Positions 1-12,850 of a stretch of 64,000 nt of DNA are shown one piece after another. The notes under the pieces are model-generated. The model was not told the DNA's origin. It searched no databases and saw only the letters and a list, made by a program, of their open reading frames with translations. The stretch is from Isurus oxyrinchus (taxonomy: Eukaryota). The position numbers were made by a program, and so were the translations under genes. Numbering within the stretch: position 1 is the stretch's first letter; each line of letters begins with the position of its first letter. The DNA lies in contig JANJGN010000007.1 in assembly GCA_026770705.1 (NCBI GenBank), positions 34,162,001 to 34,226,000 of the forward strand. Direction: 5' to 3'.

Positions 1-200
1 AAAACATAACTTCTTCTCCTTCGTTTTCCAATCCACTTGGATAAAAGCCAACATTGAATCAGCATTTTGGATCTGTCCACTAGCTTTCATTGGCTTGTGT
101 ACATAGACACCCAATTCTCTCTGCTCCTCCACAGTTCCTAGCTTCTTACCATTTAGAAATGTATTTTTCTTAAATTGAAAGTGGATGACTTCACAGTTTG
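1..200 (-). mobile_element. Decayed CR1-type LINE RT fragment (older copy, appears to continue at ~950-1250 and ~1900-2090)
   Basis: Resembles the other minus-strand CR1 RT segments in the window (e.g. 830-945, 61480-61930); interrupted by a younger CR1 and other insertions. Confidence 0.5.
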
Positions 201-227
201 CCTTCAGATCAGAAAAGATAGGAGTGG

Positions 228-945
228 TGGATCGATCGGCACATCGAGCCTGTTCTGCCATTCAATAATATAATGGTTGATCGGATTGTGGCCTCAAGTC
301 CACTTTCCTAAACCTGGGCCCCGTAACCCTAGACTCCCTTGCAGATCAAAAATCTGTCTAACTGAGGCTTAAATATATTCAGTAACCCATTGCTCTCTGG
401 GGGGAGAGAATTCCAAAGATTAACAACCCTCAGTAGAAATTCCTCCTGATCTGTCTTAAATGGGAAACCTCTAATTTTTAAACTGAGCCCCCTTGTTCTA
501 CATCTCCTCTCAACATCTATTCTATCAAGCCCACTCAGAATCTTATCATTTCAATAAGATCACCTCTCATTCTCCTAAACTCCAATGACTATAGGCCCAC
601 CCTGCTCAACCTTTCCTCATAAGGCAAGCCCCTCATCCCAGGAATCAGCCTAGTAAATCTTCTGAACTGCCTTTAATGCAAGTATATCCCTCCTTAAATA
701 AGGAGGCCAAAACTGTACACAGTACTCTAGATGCAGTCTCACCAATACCTTGTACAGTTGTAGCAAGACTTCCTTTCTCTTATACTGCATCCCCCTTGCA
801 ATAAAAGGCCAACATTCCATTTGCCTTCCTAATTGCTTGCTATACCTGTATGCTAACTTTTGGTGATTCATGTACAAGGACAGTCAGATTCCTCTGTACT
901 GCAGCATGCTGTAGTCTCTCTCCATTTAGATAATATTCTGCTTTT
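228..945 (-). mobile_element. CR1 LINE 3' end (RT C-terminus plus 3' UTR)
   Basis: ORF 650-877(-) LLQLYKVLVRLHLEYCVQFWPPYLRRDILALKAVQ matches the CR1 ORF2 C-terminal motif LY..LVRPHLEYCVQFWSP. Confidence 0.85.
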
Positions 946-3309
946 CCATATACTATCTGCCTTATTGAACTCTATTTTCCACCATAGTGTTCAATCATTT
1001 AACCCGTCTATATTCCTTTGTAACTTCTTGCTCCAGTACTTACAGCACTTACGTGCCTCCTATCATAGCACTATTGTAAAACTGGATATACAACTCTATT
1101 CTTTCACCCAAGTTTTGAATAAATTTGATGGAAAGCTGAGGCCATAGTACAAAGAAACACCTCTTGTCGCATCCCTACAATTAGTGTTCTCTTTATCCCG
1201 GCCTTCCAAGCAATTTCCAAACCATGTTACAAAATTGCTTCCAATTCCAAATTGTAAGCAGTTTCGAGACCAGACAATAAATTTCAGATGTAATGGTATT
1301 AGGACAATTTATTAAGCAGGACTTAACAAAAGGCAGCAGTCACTATCCCAGTTCAGGTGGTTCTTGCTTCACACTGACTTTCGCAGTTACAGGCGGCTCC
1401 TGACTTCATCCTCTTTTCATGCCCAATGTCTTCCTCAAATCTGCACACCAAATATTTTCAAGTGAGTTATTCTATCCTCTGTAGCCAGGGGTCGTCCTGT
1501 GTTCTGATGTTGCCATTGTGCTTTGATCTCGTTATTCCATTTGACGATGGTCACGAACCCACGGTTGCAACCCGAACAAGATACTTTTAACACCTAAACA
1601 GCCCATCATTAATTTTTTTTCTGTGTAACTATTTTCCAAACTTAACAATCCTTACACTAATTTAGTTATAACTCCAAAGTCCATTGATCTATACATTTCA
1701 AAGTATATCCTTTGATCACAACTGTTAACATAGTTTGGACATCTGTCCCTACTTCCCATTTGTTATTCACACCACCAATTCCTGTTACAGTGTGATTCTG
1801 ATGTAACTCAAGTCATATGTCTAAAATTAACCCTTCATATACTAGCAGATCATCTAAAATAAAAAAGGGCTTCATAATACACAGTATAAAAAGGTTCACA
1901 TTTCTTGTTCGATGCACTTTAACTTGTTAATGATCTCTTGTTCAGAACCTTATCAACCTTAACAACATCCACTGGAACCCCTCTACTCACCTCATTAGCG
2001 ACCTCCTCAAAAAAAAATTACTTGGACGAATTGGACATGATTTACTCTTCATAAATCCATTCTGACGCAAATCAGCTCATACTTGACCACATACAGATTC
2101 ACACTCAAGAATTCACCTGTTAAATTTCCAGGCATTTCACAGAAATTATTTGGAGAAATTCAACTGGAAGGTGGGGATTTTCTAACAATCAATAAGAAAA
2201 CTGCATTCAAAAGTAAAGGATTAATTCAATGGTAGGAACCTAGAAACATGTTGCCCAACTCAGCAAATGATAGAACAAAGACTTTCATCCTCATCCTCCC
2301 ACAATATTACAGCGCTTGCACAGAGGTTGCTTTACTCTAGCAGAATAACTGGGTTCTTTGTTTGAGTCAGGAGATAAATAGCAAATCTTATTAAACAACG
2401 GGGAGATTAAGGAAAAATTTCCACTCAAAATAGCAGAGCTTCTGAAATATAAAACGACACCCAAGAAAATTCAGATGACTTATCTATTTTTTCCAACAAA
2501 TTGACAAGAAGTTTTGTTTTGCTCTACCCACCCACAAAGATAGGAAAGCTGGCTGCTCATGATAGTCTTAGAGGAGAGGACACAAGATAGAAGCAAAAAT
2601 AGAACCAAATATATGACAAGTTAAATTAGCCCAATTTTGGGTCAAAATGTTCTTTGGTATAAACTTTTCAACACTAAATGAAAACAAAGGTGTTTATATG
2701 CCTTTTCTTGGTACCCTTTCACTCTTATGTACACAGCAAAATACAAAGGCATCAAAATACTGTTGGAAGTGGAATTAGGTCACTGATCTCATTAAATAAT
2801 GGAACATGCTTAAAGAACTAAGTAGCCTACTCCTGTCCTTACGAATCATGGTTTGCAAGTACTAAACTCAGAAGATGCTAAAAAATTAACTCAAATTTAA
2901 CAAGTGCAAAAAATTAAATATTTGAAACAAATAGTTTGATATATTTTGAGAAAAATATTTATTTCTTACAAAATTTGATCAAAAAAGGACAACTTTAGTA
3001 ACCAATAAATTTTCAACTGTTATGTGCCAAAAACAATACCTTACTCCGCAAACAATAACAGCATCACATAGACTATTAAACTTTAGAATGCAGAACTTAT
3101 GAATATGCAAGCAAGTCAAATAAATGCAAAGCACAGTACCCAAATCAAATATCTTCTTTGTGGATATCCATAATATCAACAGTGAGAATAATGCATTTAA
3201 GGTTTGGAAATTAATTGTCTATATTTTATATGTAAATTATTCTATACAGCAATTTAACATTGAGGAATGTACAATAAACTTTCAAAAAGCAGAATGAAAG
3301 GATGAACAA

Positions 3310-3640
3310 ACTTGCATTCCTAGCAGTCATCAGTTCTAAGGATGCTCCAAAGTGCTGAACAGCCAAAATATTACTTTTCAAATGAAACAGGGGCATCAAG
3401 GTCCCACAAACAGCAAGTGAGATAACAAACTGATCTGTTTTTTGGTGGAGGGGAAAAAAAATGACCAGACCACAGAGGACGCCACTGCTTTCCTTCAACT
3501 AATGTCATAGGATCTCTTATGTCCACTTGAGTCAAATGTGACCTCAGTTTAAGGTCACTTCTGAAACACAGCTCCTCAATCGATATAGCACTCCTTTAGT
3601 ATGTTACAGTCCAACTGTGATTACATTTCACAAGTTCTTT
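3310..3640 (-). mobile_element. Deu-domain (AmnSINE1/SacSINE1-like) SINE remnant
   Basis: Shares blocks with the 24650-25090 copy (ccaaagtgct..acagccaa, gtcccacaaacagcaa..gagataa, atctgttttt); family assignment from recognition only. Confidence 0.55.
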
Positions 3641-4759
3641 ATTGGATTTGGGATATTCTGAGGATATAAAAGATGCTATACAATTTATTCTTTTTAAACA
3701 CTAAAAATGAAATCTGTGCATTTTGACCTTCTTTGCCCTGCTGATTGTGCTTAACAGTTATTTGTAAATTTTCTGACAGTTGCATACACTAGTTATTGGC
3801 ATTCTACAAGAGCAGAATGAAGGCTACAACTTCCATCCTACATTTCTCTTACACTTGCACACATATACCATTTTATTCTATATTAACTGGCAGCAACCAA
3901 ACCCAGTTTACTTTCCAACTCAATTCCCAGACTCCAAACAAAATGAAGACCAATAATAGGGACAGTTTCTAACAGACATTTTCAATGTTAAATGACTAAT
4001 TCTAAGGATAAACTTATATTTTTTCCAATTATATTTGGTGCATTTCTGTAATAAATGTTATTTCCAGCTGTACAGAGATTCTGGAGCATAAATGAAAAAT
4101 AGCAAAATGCAGTATTATGAAAATATCCAAGTTATAGGAGGGGTCAACTTGTGGTACTTGCTGGCTCATAACTAGCAACAGCTTGAGAAAAAAAGAGGAA
4201 ATTAGTTGCTCAGTTTTCATTTCATTATTCATTCATTATTAATTTTTTTTAAAATTTGGTCACATTTTGTCAGATATCCCCATAAACTAAAAAAGAAAAC
4301 ATCACCAGGTCCATGAATTTGGTTATTAACTGACTTGGAGCCAAACTTTTTTTGCCTGAAGAGACAATTGGGGCTTGCATTGCAACCCTCATGGAGCACA
4401 GTATCCGTAGGCCTCTGAGGACAGGCTGAAGATCTGATGACAAATGGAGAATCATACAAGCTACATTCCTCTCAGAATATTTGGACATTACAGCCTTCTT
4501 AAAGCCCCCATAACCAGGGTTCAGTAGGGCAGCTGTAGGTCTCTTTCTAGCACAATCCCAGCCAGAGGTTAACCTGCATTGGCTGTGTGCCTGGGCCATA
4601 TAAATCACCTAGATGACTCAAGTCCAACCCATCTCTGACAGATGTACTGTACCTCAAGTATGCTATCCCTAACAGGTGCACAAAAGGCAACCCAGAGAAA
4701 AATTTACTCTTTGGAGTCTAGGGATACGGGTGTTAATCATGTGAACTGCTCTATTTTGC

Positions 4760-5340
4760 ATAATGTTGATCCTGAGTGCTGTTAGGTCTGTATGCATCAA
4801 CAAATGTTCAGTATTCCAACACAGTTATGAGTTCAGTCTTACAAATGATGGATAGATTTCGAGGTTTCAGGAGGTCAGCTGCTGTGATTTTCTTGCAGTC
4901 ACTGGATATGGCTAGCCTAGTTAAGCTTCTATTCAATGGTGACCTCCAGGATGTTGATGCTAGGCAAATTGGCAATGGTGATGATAATAATGGGGTGTTT
5001 TCTTGTTGAAGGCCATCATTGCCTGGTATTTACATGGCAGGAATACTACCTACTAAGATGTATGGGATGCAGATGCTGCCATAAATCCCGTACAGCAATG
5101 GCTTTATGCCATGGCAATTGGACTCAGGGTACCACAACCATCTTCCTGTGCATCAGTTATGAATCCAGTTACTGGAGGGATTCCCTTGGACCATTCATTG
5201 TTCTTAGTTTCAATAGAGCACATAGGTGTCACATTTGGTTGAATGCTGCTTTGATGTCAAAGGGCAGCCGTTCTTGCATCGCAAACGGCATTCAACTCTC
5301 AACTCCATGTCTGTCTGTGACTACGTCTAGCGGCACACAG
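4760..5340 (-). mobile_element. Decayed LINE (CR1/L2 group) RT fragment
   Basis: Minus-strand 5227-5262 reads FDIKAAFNQM*H, the degenerate RT motif LDIKAAFDRVWH. Confidence 0.6.
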
Positions 5341-5479
5341 TTCAATTATTTAATTGATTTTTGCATGTGGGCATTGGTTATATTTATTGCCCATCCTTAG
5401 TTGCCATGAAGCATAAACAATGGAGTGGCTTGTGAGGCCAATTTAGAGGTAGTTTAGGAGTGAATCACAGTTGTATGCC

Positions 5480-5850
5480 ACTAGAATGGCTGAAGGTACT
5501 GGATACGGCAAAGGCTACAGGCCCAGACAACATCCTGGCTGCAGTATTGAAGACTTGTGCTCCAAAAGCATCCACATCCCTATCTGTTCCAGTACAGCTA
5601 CAACACTGGCATCCACCTGAAAAGGTGGAGAATTGCCCAGGTATGCCTTGTCCACAAAAAAAAGGGCAAAACCAATCAAATTGCTGCAGTCGACTCTCAA
5701 AGTGATGGAAGGTGTCATTGACAATGCTATGAGCAGCACTCACTCAGCAATAATTTGCTCTCGGATGCTCAGTTTGGATTCCACCAGCACCATTCAGCTC
5801 AAGGTCTTAATATAGCCTCAGTCCAAACATGCCATGGACAAGTTGACACT
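5480..5850 (+). mobile_element. LINE RT N-terminal fragment
   Basis: LKVLDTAKATGPDNILAAVLKTCAP (K.a.GPD.I pre-RT motif) and STLKVMEGVID. Confidence 0.75.
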
Positions 5851-5859
5851 GGAGCAGTC

Positions 5860-6960
5860 AGATGAGATGAATAAGTGGCTAAAGGGCTGGTGTGGGAAGA
5901 GGGATTCCTTTTCATGGCACACTAGCACCAGTTCAGGGACAGGAAGGAGCTATACTGATGGGATGGGCTCCACCTGAACTCCGATGAGACCCATTTTCTA
6001 GCAGAAGGGGTAAATAGGGAGATGGCAAAAGCTTTAAACTAGTAAAGGGGCGAGGGATCTATAAGAAATGTAAATAGTCTCATTGCAAACATAAGAGAAC
6101 ATAGGAAAAAATAAAGTAAGGAAGCACATTGATGGCAAGGGAATAAATAAGAATAAAGGAATGGGGATCTAAAAACATAAGAGGAAAACCTATTAAAAAT
6201 GAGTTTAAGTGTCTGTACAATGTACACAGTGCCTGTAATAAAACAGGGGAGCTGGAAGCAATCAAGCATTGGGAGAGAGCAGACGTGGTAGAGATACTGA
6301 GTCATGGCTACAGAAAAATCAGGACCGGGAATTAAACATTGCAGGGTACAACATATTTAGAAAAGACAGAGGGGGAATCAGGGAGGAGGCGTATCTCTAC
6401 TTATTCTGGATAACATAATAGCAGTAGAAAAAAAGGGATGTAGCTGTCAGCAAACCAAAAATATAATCCAAAATAAAAAGAAAAAATACTGGAAACATTC
6501 AACAGTATCTATGGAGAGAGAAAAACAAGAGTTAATGTTTCAGATCATGATCTTTCATTAGAATAGTTCTGATGAAAGGCCACAACCTAGACCATTAATT
6601 GTTTCTCTCTCCACAGATGCTGCCAGGCCTGAGTATTTCCAATATTTTCCATTTTTATTTCAGATTTCCAGCATCTGCAGTATTTTGCTTTGTAAGAACA
6701 GAATCCATATGGATAGAGATAAAAAAATAATAAATGATCAATCACACTAACAGATGGCATCTATAGACCACTTAGTTTTGTGGTGGGGGGGGGAAAGACG
6801 GGCATGGGATGGGGAAGAAATAGGGAGAGAAATTAGGGAAGAATAAAAGGCCTAAAGTAATGATCATATGGAATTTCAACTACCCTGATCTTAACTGAGA
6901 AGAAGAGGTGGTTAAAGGGATAAAGGAACAGAGTTCCTGCACTGTACACAGGGTAGTGCA
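5860..6960 (+). mobile_element. CR1 LINE fragment: end of ORF1 (SGNH esterase) and start of ORF2 AP endonuclease
   Basis: Decayed frames read WLKGWCGKRGFLFM..H..FRDRKELY..DGLHLN (ORF1 esterase) and CLYN.., FRKDRGG..GGGVSLLI, YRP, FNYP (APE). Confidence 0.75.
6470..6692. mobile_element. Penelope-derived miniature palindromic element with two decayed hammerhead motifs, nested in CR1
   Basis: Right arm gttctgatgaaaggccacaacctag...ccacagatgctgccaggcctgagtatttcc...tttccagcatctgcagtattttgctt matches the 21634-21769 tail; left arm 6470-6564 is its inverted, shorter counterpart. Confidence 0.75.
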
Positions 6961-7329
6961 CTCAAGTCATTTGATATCACATGAACTAAGATGTGGCAGG
7001 ACTGCAGAACTTTGATCTAATCCTTAAGTTGTGGGAATTCTTAAGTCTGTCTTTAAAGTGTGCCATGAAAAGGAATCCCTCCTCCTACATCAGCCCTTTA
7101 GCCATGTGTTCATTCATCTCATCTGACTGCTCCTGTATCAATTTGTCCATGGCATGTTTGGACCGAGGCTATATTAAAATCTTGAGCTGAATGGTGCTGG
7201 TGGAATCCAAACTGAGTATCGGTGAGCAAGTTATTGCTGAGTGAGTGCTAGTCGTAGCATTGTCAATGACACTTTCCATCACTTTGAGAGTAGACTGCAG
7301 TAATTTGATTGGTTTTACCCTTTTTTCAG

Positions 7330-8260
7330 TATGCGTATAGTTTGGTGTCAGTATCACTGATTGGTCCCTCATTTTCAAGTACACCTTGTGCTGCTTCAGG
7401 CATGACCTACACACCAGGCTTGATCACCTGGCTCGACAGTAATGCTAGATTGAAAGATATATCAGGTCAGGCGGTTACAGATGGTGGTAGACTATAATTC
7501 TGCTTCACTACATGAATGCTCAGTTTTGAGCTGCTAGATCTGTTCTGAATCTATCCTATTTAGCAGGGCGATAGTGCCTCACAACACAATGAAGAATGTT
7601 CTCAGTGTGAAGGTGGGACTTGGTCTCGACAAGAGCTGCATAGTAGTCACCCCTAAGAATACTATCATGGACATATGCATCTCTGACAGGTAGATGAGTG
7701 AAAAACCTCTGGATCTTGTTTTTACCAAACAAATGCCGCCAGCTATATCTGGCAGGTGTGTCCTTCATAATTTGCCAGCTTGATTGGTGGTGATATTGCT
7801 GGTGATGGACATTGAAGCCCCCCACACAATGTATATTTTATACTCTTGCTACCATCATTGCTTTTTCCAAGTGCAATTCAACATGGAAAGGTACTGATTC
7901 TTTTGCTGAGGAAGGGCAGTAGGTGGTAATCAACTGAACATTTCCTTGCCCGAGTTTGATCCATGGAGTCCAGGGGTCTATGTCGAGAACACCCAGGGCC
8001 ACTTCCACCTGAGTGTATACCATTATGCCCCCACCTCTGATAGTGGGTCTTCCCTGTTGGTGCAACAGGACAAAGCCATTGAAGTATGGAACTTTGACAG
8101 ACGAGTACAATTTCAAGAGTACGAATATGTCATGATGTTTCTTTACTAGTCTGCATGACAGCTCTCAGATTTTGGTACAAGTCCCCAGATGTTAGAGAGG
8201 AGAACTTTGCAGGGTTGACTGGGCAGGGTATGGCTCTGTCATCTGTGAATCAGGTGCAGA
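7330..8260 (-). mobile_element. LINE (CR1/L2 group) AP-endonuclease region
   Basis: ORFs 7838-8116 (RGGGIMVYTQ..ALGVLDID, LITTYCPSSA) and 7556-7825 (GGFNVHHQ, equivalent to GDFNVHH) are APE motifs. Confidence 0.75.
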
Positions 8261-8339
8261 CAGCAAAACCAAGTGGTTCCTCTACCAGTGATAAGAATAA
8301 AACACATGTCTTTGTTGCAGATTGATACAGTTGAGTAGT

Positions 8340-8590
8340 CAGCAATTAAGAGTCAACTACATTGCTATGGGTCTAGAGTCACATAGGGAGGTTCCATCCT
8401 TAAAAGGACATTAGTGAAGCAGTTGGGTATTTACAACAATTTGATAGTTTATGGTCATCATTACTGATACTAAATTTTTATTCCAATTTATTTGTGTATT
8501 TTAACAAACTGAATTCAACTTCACAAACTACCATGATGGAATCTGAACTCCCATCTCCAGATTATTAGCTCAGGCTTCTAGATTACAGTC
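8340..8590 (-). mobile_element. tRNA-derived SINE
   Basis: Minus strand shows a B-box-like gagttcagattcc in a tRNA-like head (~8530-8585), followed by a body and a LINE-like tail. Confidence 0.55.
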
Positions 8591-8719
8591 GAAGCATGTG
8601 CGACTCTTTCCCTTTGTCATAGGGAGATTGAGGCAGTCACAGACAAATCCAGAAATACAGAATGGCAACTGAAGTCTATATGCAGCACAGATAACTGTAG
8701 GAAACGAGCAGCGGTAGAG

Positions 8720-9750
8720 GCCCAGAATTTTCTCAATGCGATTTACACTAACATTGCACCTTTAGAAATAAAACAGCTGTAAAGCAACTGAGCCTCTAGG
8801 AAATTTTGTGCAGCCTTATAAAAGCACAGTTCAGCACCCTGGGAGACAAATAGATAAGTCACAAGCACCACCTCTCTCTTTCATCTCTCCCTCAAATGAT
8901 TTCAATGCATTTCTCACCAATACCTCAATTATATTTCAGCAAGGCTATGTGCAATCAAATGCCATCTGGGAGGAGATACAGCCAAGAAAAGGACTTAGAA
9001 CTTCTCTTCCTTCAAATCATCCCAGATGAAACTAAAAGGAGTCACTGACTCCACCAAACTAGCCAGGAATCTGTCATGCCAGGTGGAGGAAGGCAGCACT
9101 GGCATTGACTATCAACTTCCTCGTTCCTAAGGTTGGAGAAACAGGCAGAAATAAATTCAACAATTTAATCAGGGGTGGCAAGGTAACACACTCCCCTTTG
9201 ACCACATTCACCTGCACATCATATTTTTAATCTCCTCGGCACCAGACTTTGAGACGGGGGAAGGGGGGGGGGGATTAAATAGCATTTGTGAAGAATTGGC
9301 ACCAGGTGATTCAATGAGCACAAGGACCCTGACAATCTACCCTCATCAGCAGAGGCTGATGAGATTGTTGCCCGTAGCTTTGAGTTATGTGACCAAGACT
9401 CATGAGTACTAGCACGAAAAGGATAGTTCAGAATTATCACATCTACACATGGCTTCAAGGATAATCTCCCATGATGCACAACAACTGACAGGTGTAACTG
9501 CCCAAGCTTCCATTCTCCTTCGTGACATCCCAAGCTTCCTGTTCCTTGCATATACCAATGTAAAAGTAGCAGCTGGTCCTCAGTTAAGAAGCAGCCAGAG
9601 ATCAATTCTGACTCCAACTCCATGGATACACAGACTGCAGCTCTGCATCCATGAATCATGGCTTCCAGATCATAGGCACAGCCATGCTCAAGGCTTTCAG
9701 GACCTATAGCTGACATGAGACTGGCCTTTCCACTGATCAGTGGGACTGCA
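8720..9750 (+). mobile_element. Probable PIF/Harbinger remnant with Myb/SANT-like exon
   Basis: Starts ggcccagaattttc (similar to the other Harbinger-like ends here); ~9080-9185 reads ..LTIN..RNKFNNLIR..KV, resembling the Myb/SANT motif QCRKKFNDL. Confidence 0.4.
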
Positions 9751-10039
9751 GATCCAATATCTTAGCTTTAACTAGAAATCATTTGCAATTTCCATCCCAA
9801 ATTTAAACTATTCCATTTTCATGACGGAGCACACACTGCCATGGAGAAAGCAAAATGGCTTATAAGAACTGGAGCACTGAAATACCAAGCATGCCTGTGA
9901 CTCTACAGATAACAAAAAATGAAATAAACACATTTTTAAAATCACTGTATAAAGACTGCAACAAAAAAAATCAAGAGATTAAAGCACTTAAAGTATATTG
10001 CTGAGCTACACAGACCAAGGTCTCCATATTCAATCCCTG

Positions 10040-10180
10040 GTTTATGTTGAGAAGGCGGTGGGAACAGATAACCATCACTGTCAATGCAAGTGGACTAGCC
10101 CCAAGGACCTGGATGTACTGCAGGAAGAAGGGAAGAAGTTTAATGGCCTCATACAAGTGGTCAGTCAGTGAATGCACCTT
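10040..10180 (+). mobile_element. Harbinger-associated Myb/SANT-like coding remnant
   Basis: RRRWEQITITVNASGLAPRTWMYCRKK matches W..Ia..vNa.....Rt..qcrKK of Harbinger Myb/SANT proteins. Confidence 0.55.
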
Positions 10181-10669
10181 CAAATGCCATATCCTTACAA
10201 CTAAACTACTAGCTTATCTGGCAAATAGCACAGATATAACCATCTTCAATGTTCGTGACTAAGGTTTGGGAAAAAACAATAAACAGCCAAGATTCTCACT
10301 CCTAATTGCCACTGTTGGGTTGTTGTACATACACGTCACACAGGAAAATAATGAAAATTAGTATGCTTTCATCGATTAAAGGAAGCTTTATGTTTTAGGT
10401 TTAGCCAGTTTGAAAATGATGAATTTGAGGAACATGTGATTCTGCAGCAGGCTTCACTTTGAGAACTAGAAGAATCTCACGTTATTATCAACAAATAGGA
10501 AGTACAGAAGCAATTCAAGTGAGTGAATCCATGGAAAGCATGCAGCGCAGGTCAGCAAAAAAGTCCTTAAGGAATGTGCTCATCAGCTGGCAGCTCCTTT
10601 GTAGTCTTTCAGAAATTGTTCAACATATATACTGTTTCTTGCTGTTGGAAATCAGCCATTATCACCCCA

Positions 10670-11700
10670 GTTGCTAAGAAGTCATAACCTGCTGAGCTGA
10701 ACGATTACTGACCAGTTGCTCTTCCATCAATAGTCATGAAGTGCTTCGAATGCATTGTGCCAAAGCATCTTTTAGATTTGCTTGTTCCACATATTGCTGC
10801 GTTACAGTTTACCTATCAGCCTCGTTAGTAAGTTGACGATGCTATTCTGACCTTGGTCAATCTGATTCAACAGCACATAGATAGATATAAGAATCCTTAA
10901 GTATGCAGATGATACGGTGCGTGCAGGTCCCATTAGGGATATAGGAGGAGACAATAGGAAGGAGTTTGTAAAATGGTGCAATAACAATTCTCCCAAATTG
11001 AACTAAAACAAGGCAAAAGAACTAGTTATAGACTTTAGGAGAAAGCCAGTTCACGATATTGTTCCTGTGAAGATTCATGATGTGGATATTGAAATAGTTA
11101 CAAACTGCAAGTATCTAGGTGTCAAAGCAGATGATAAGTTGAACTGCAGACAACAGTTACAGATGTGGTGACCAAGCGACATACACTATCATATTACCTC
11201 AGAAAATTAAAATCCTTTCAAGTAGATCCTATAATCATAACAGTTCTATATATGGCTGTAGTTGAGAGTGCTATCCTTTTTGTATGTCTCTCTTGCTATT
11301 GTCATCTGAGGAAAGCAGACTTTTTAAGGCTAGAGAGATTATTGAACCAGGCAGGAAGGATATTTGATAAGCAGATCTTTCTTGATGAAATCTGCTCTCA
11401 AAGGATTTGAGGAAAGTAGAGTGCCATGAATAATGAAATCATACCTTGCTTCGGTGTAATCGCTGGTTGCGTTCAGAGAAAAGGCTACAATCCCTCAGAT
11501 GCAGGGCAAATCAGTTCCTGAACTCACTCTCTGTATTTTAACAGGAATAGTTTTTAATACATATTTTAATTAAAGTTAGATTTCTGTGATAAAGTAATTT
11601 TCTTTTATTGTTATCATTCATTTAAACGTAAGCTGTTAAAAAATAGCAATGTACCCAAAATGAATTTCCATATGGTCAAGAAAGTGAATTAAATTGAAAA
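10670..11700 (+). mobile_element. Rex1/Babar-like LINE RT, 5'-truncated, internally deleted and decayed
   Basis: LNDY*PVALPSIVMKCFECIV (~10697-10760), KYADDT (~10899), K.KELVIDFRRK, KYLGV..DDKL, YYLRKLKSF. Confidence 0.75.
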
Positions 11701-12289
11701 GGTTATTTTTCCACCCGCCTTGAATGTCATTATTTTTCTGTAAACTGTTAATGGACTAGATAATTATTTTAAATCATAAAATATTTCACAAACAAGCTTC
11801 CAATTGCTAAGATAACAGTTGCAAAGTTTTTCTTGTGTGTTTACATTTATCAGTCAGCCATTCATGCAGGTGTCACTGGATGTCAAGTTCAGATGGGAGC
11901 AAGCAGCTAAATTAAGTTTTACATCAAATAACAGTTAAAGGAACTGGAGGTTTATTTTTAGAGTTGAAATATAATACAGGAGTAATGCACCTTCTAACAT
12001 GCTCATGAAATACAGGAGTGACCTCTCAGATTTCTTCATCATTAATATTTCATTAATACATACAATACAGCTGTGTTTACAACCAGCTATTGTGCAGTTT
12101 TGTGTCCCATTTCCAGAAGTAAAAAATTATGGATTCAGGGATAATAAACACAAGGTCCAGCAGGCACCACAAAATTTCTGATGAGAGCTGCTAAACTGAA
12201 ATTCAAAAATACCACATCTGCCCCAATAACAGCTCGATTATCGTCTAACACAACTTATTTAATTAAACAAATAAGAAAATAAAGAGCTA

Positions 12290-12850
12290 TCTGCGGCTGG
12301 CGAGGAGAAGGAGGAGGAGGGAGGGGGAGAATCAGGAATGTCAGTGTTTTCAACGTGCGTTAACTGACTCAGGTCGGCCTTTGAAGGGACGTGCAACAAG
12401 GAAGCATTAAGAATGAACACACACGCTCGACGTCCCGTTCAAAAGCAAAGCAAGCGACTTGCCAGGCGGGCCTTGCCCAGGTCGGAGCCCGGTGAGGGGA
12501 GGGGTGGCGCGGTACCGGGGATGATCCAGCCGGCAACGCGCCGTTGCTCTCCGGCTATGGCACCGACCCGAATCCCACACTGACAGAGAGAGAGAAGGCA
12601 CACATACACACCCACCCCCATTCCGCCTACCTTCCTGCTGCCACTTCTCCCTCTCCGTCATTCCAGTGAGGCCCTCAGTCGCTAAGGGAGTTACTCCATC
12701 CTCCTCCTCTTCCTCCCTCTCTCTCTCCACCGAATGGCGGAGCCGGTTCCTTGGGCTAGGAGCCGGCTTGGATCACGTGACTGAATGCTAGCACGTGGGT
12801 GGGTGTGGGGCTGGTGGGGGGAAACACTTCTCACTTTGCAGGCTAGCAGA
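12290..12850. promoter_or_regulatory. CpG-island promoter/first-exon-like region (candidate promoter of a minus-strand neighbour gene)
   Basis: Local GC/CpG spike in otherwise CpG-depleted DNA; YY1-like AATGGCGG 12733-12740; TCACGTGAC 12773-12781; CACGTG 12792-12797; no TE hallmarks. Confidence 0.6.

Noticed and set aside
1253-1900. Possible solo LTR (tgtaag...gttaca) interrupting CR1
   Set aside because: No matching TSD at either candidate end; left unclassified
4270-4608. 112-aa minus-strand ORF considered as an exon of the neighbouring gene (PTPDC1)
   Set aside because: No resemblance to PTPDC1 or any family I recognise, and no convincing splice sites
12407-12730. 107-aa ORF MEREREEEEED...
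   Set aside because: Non-ATG start; product of CT/GA-rich low-complexity sequence and CpG-island composition
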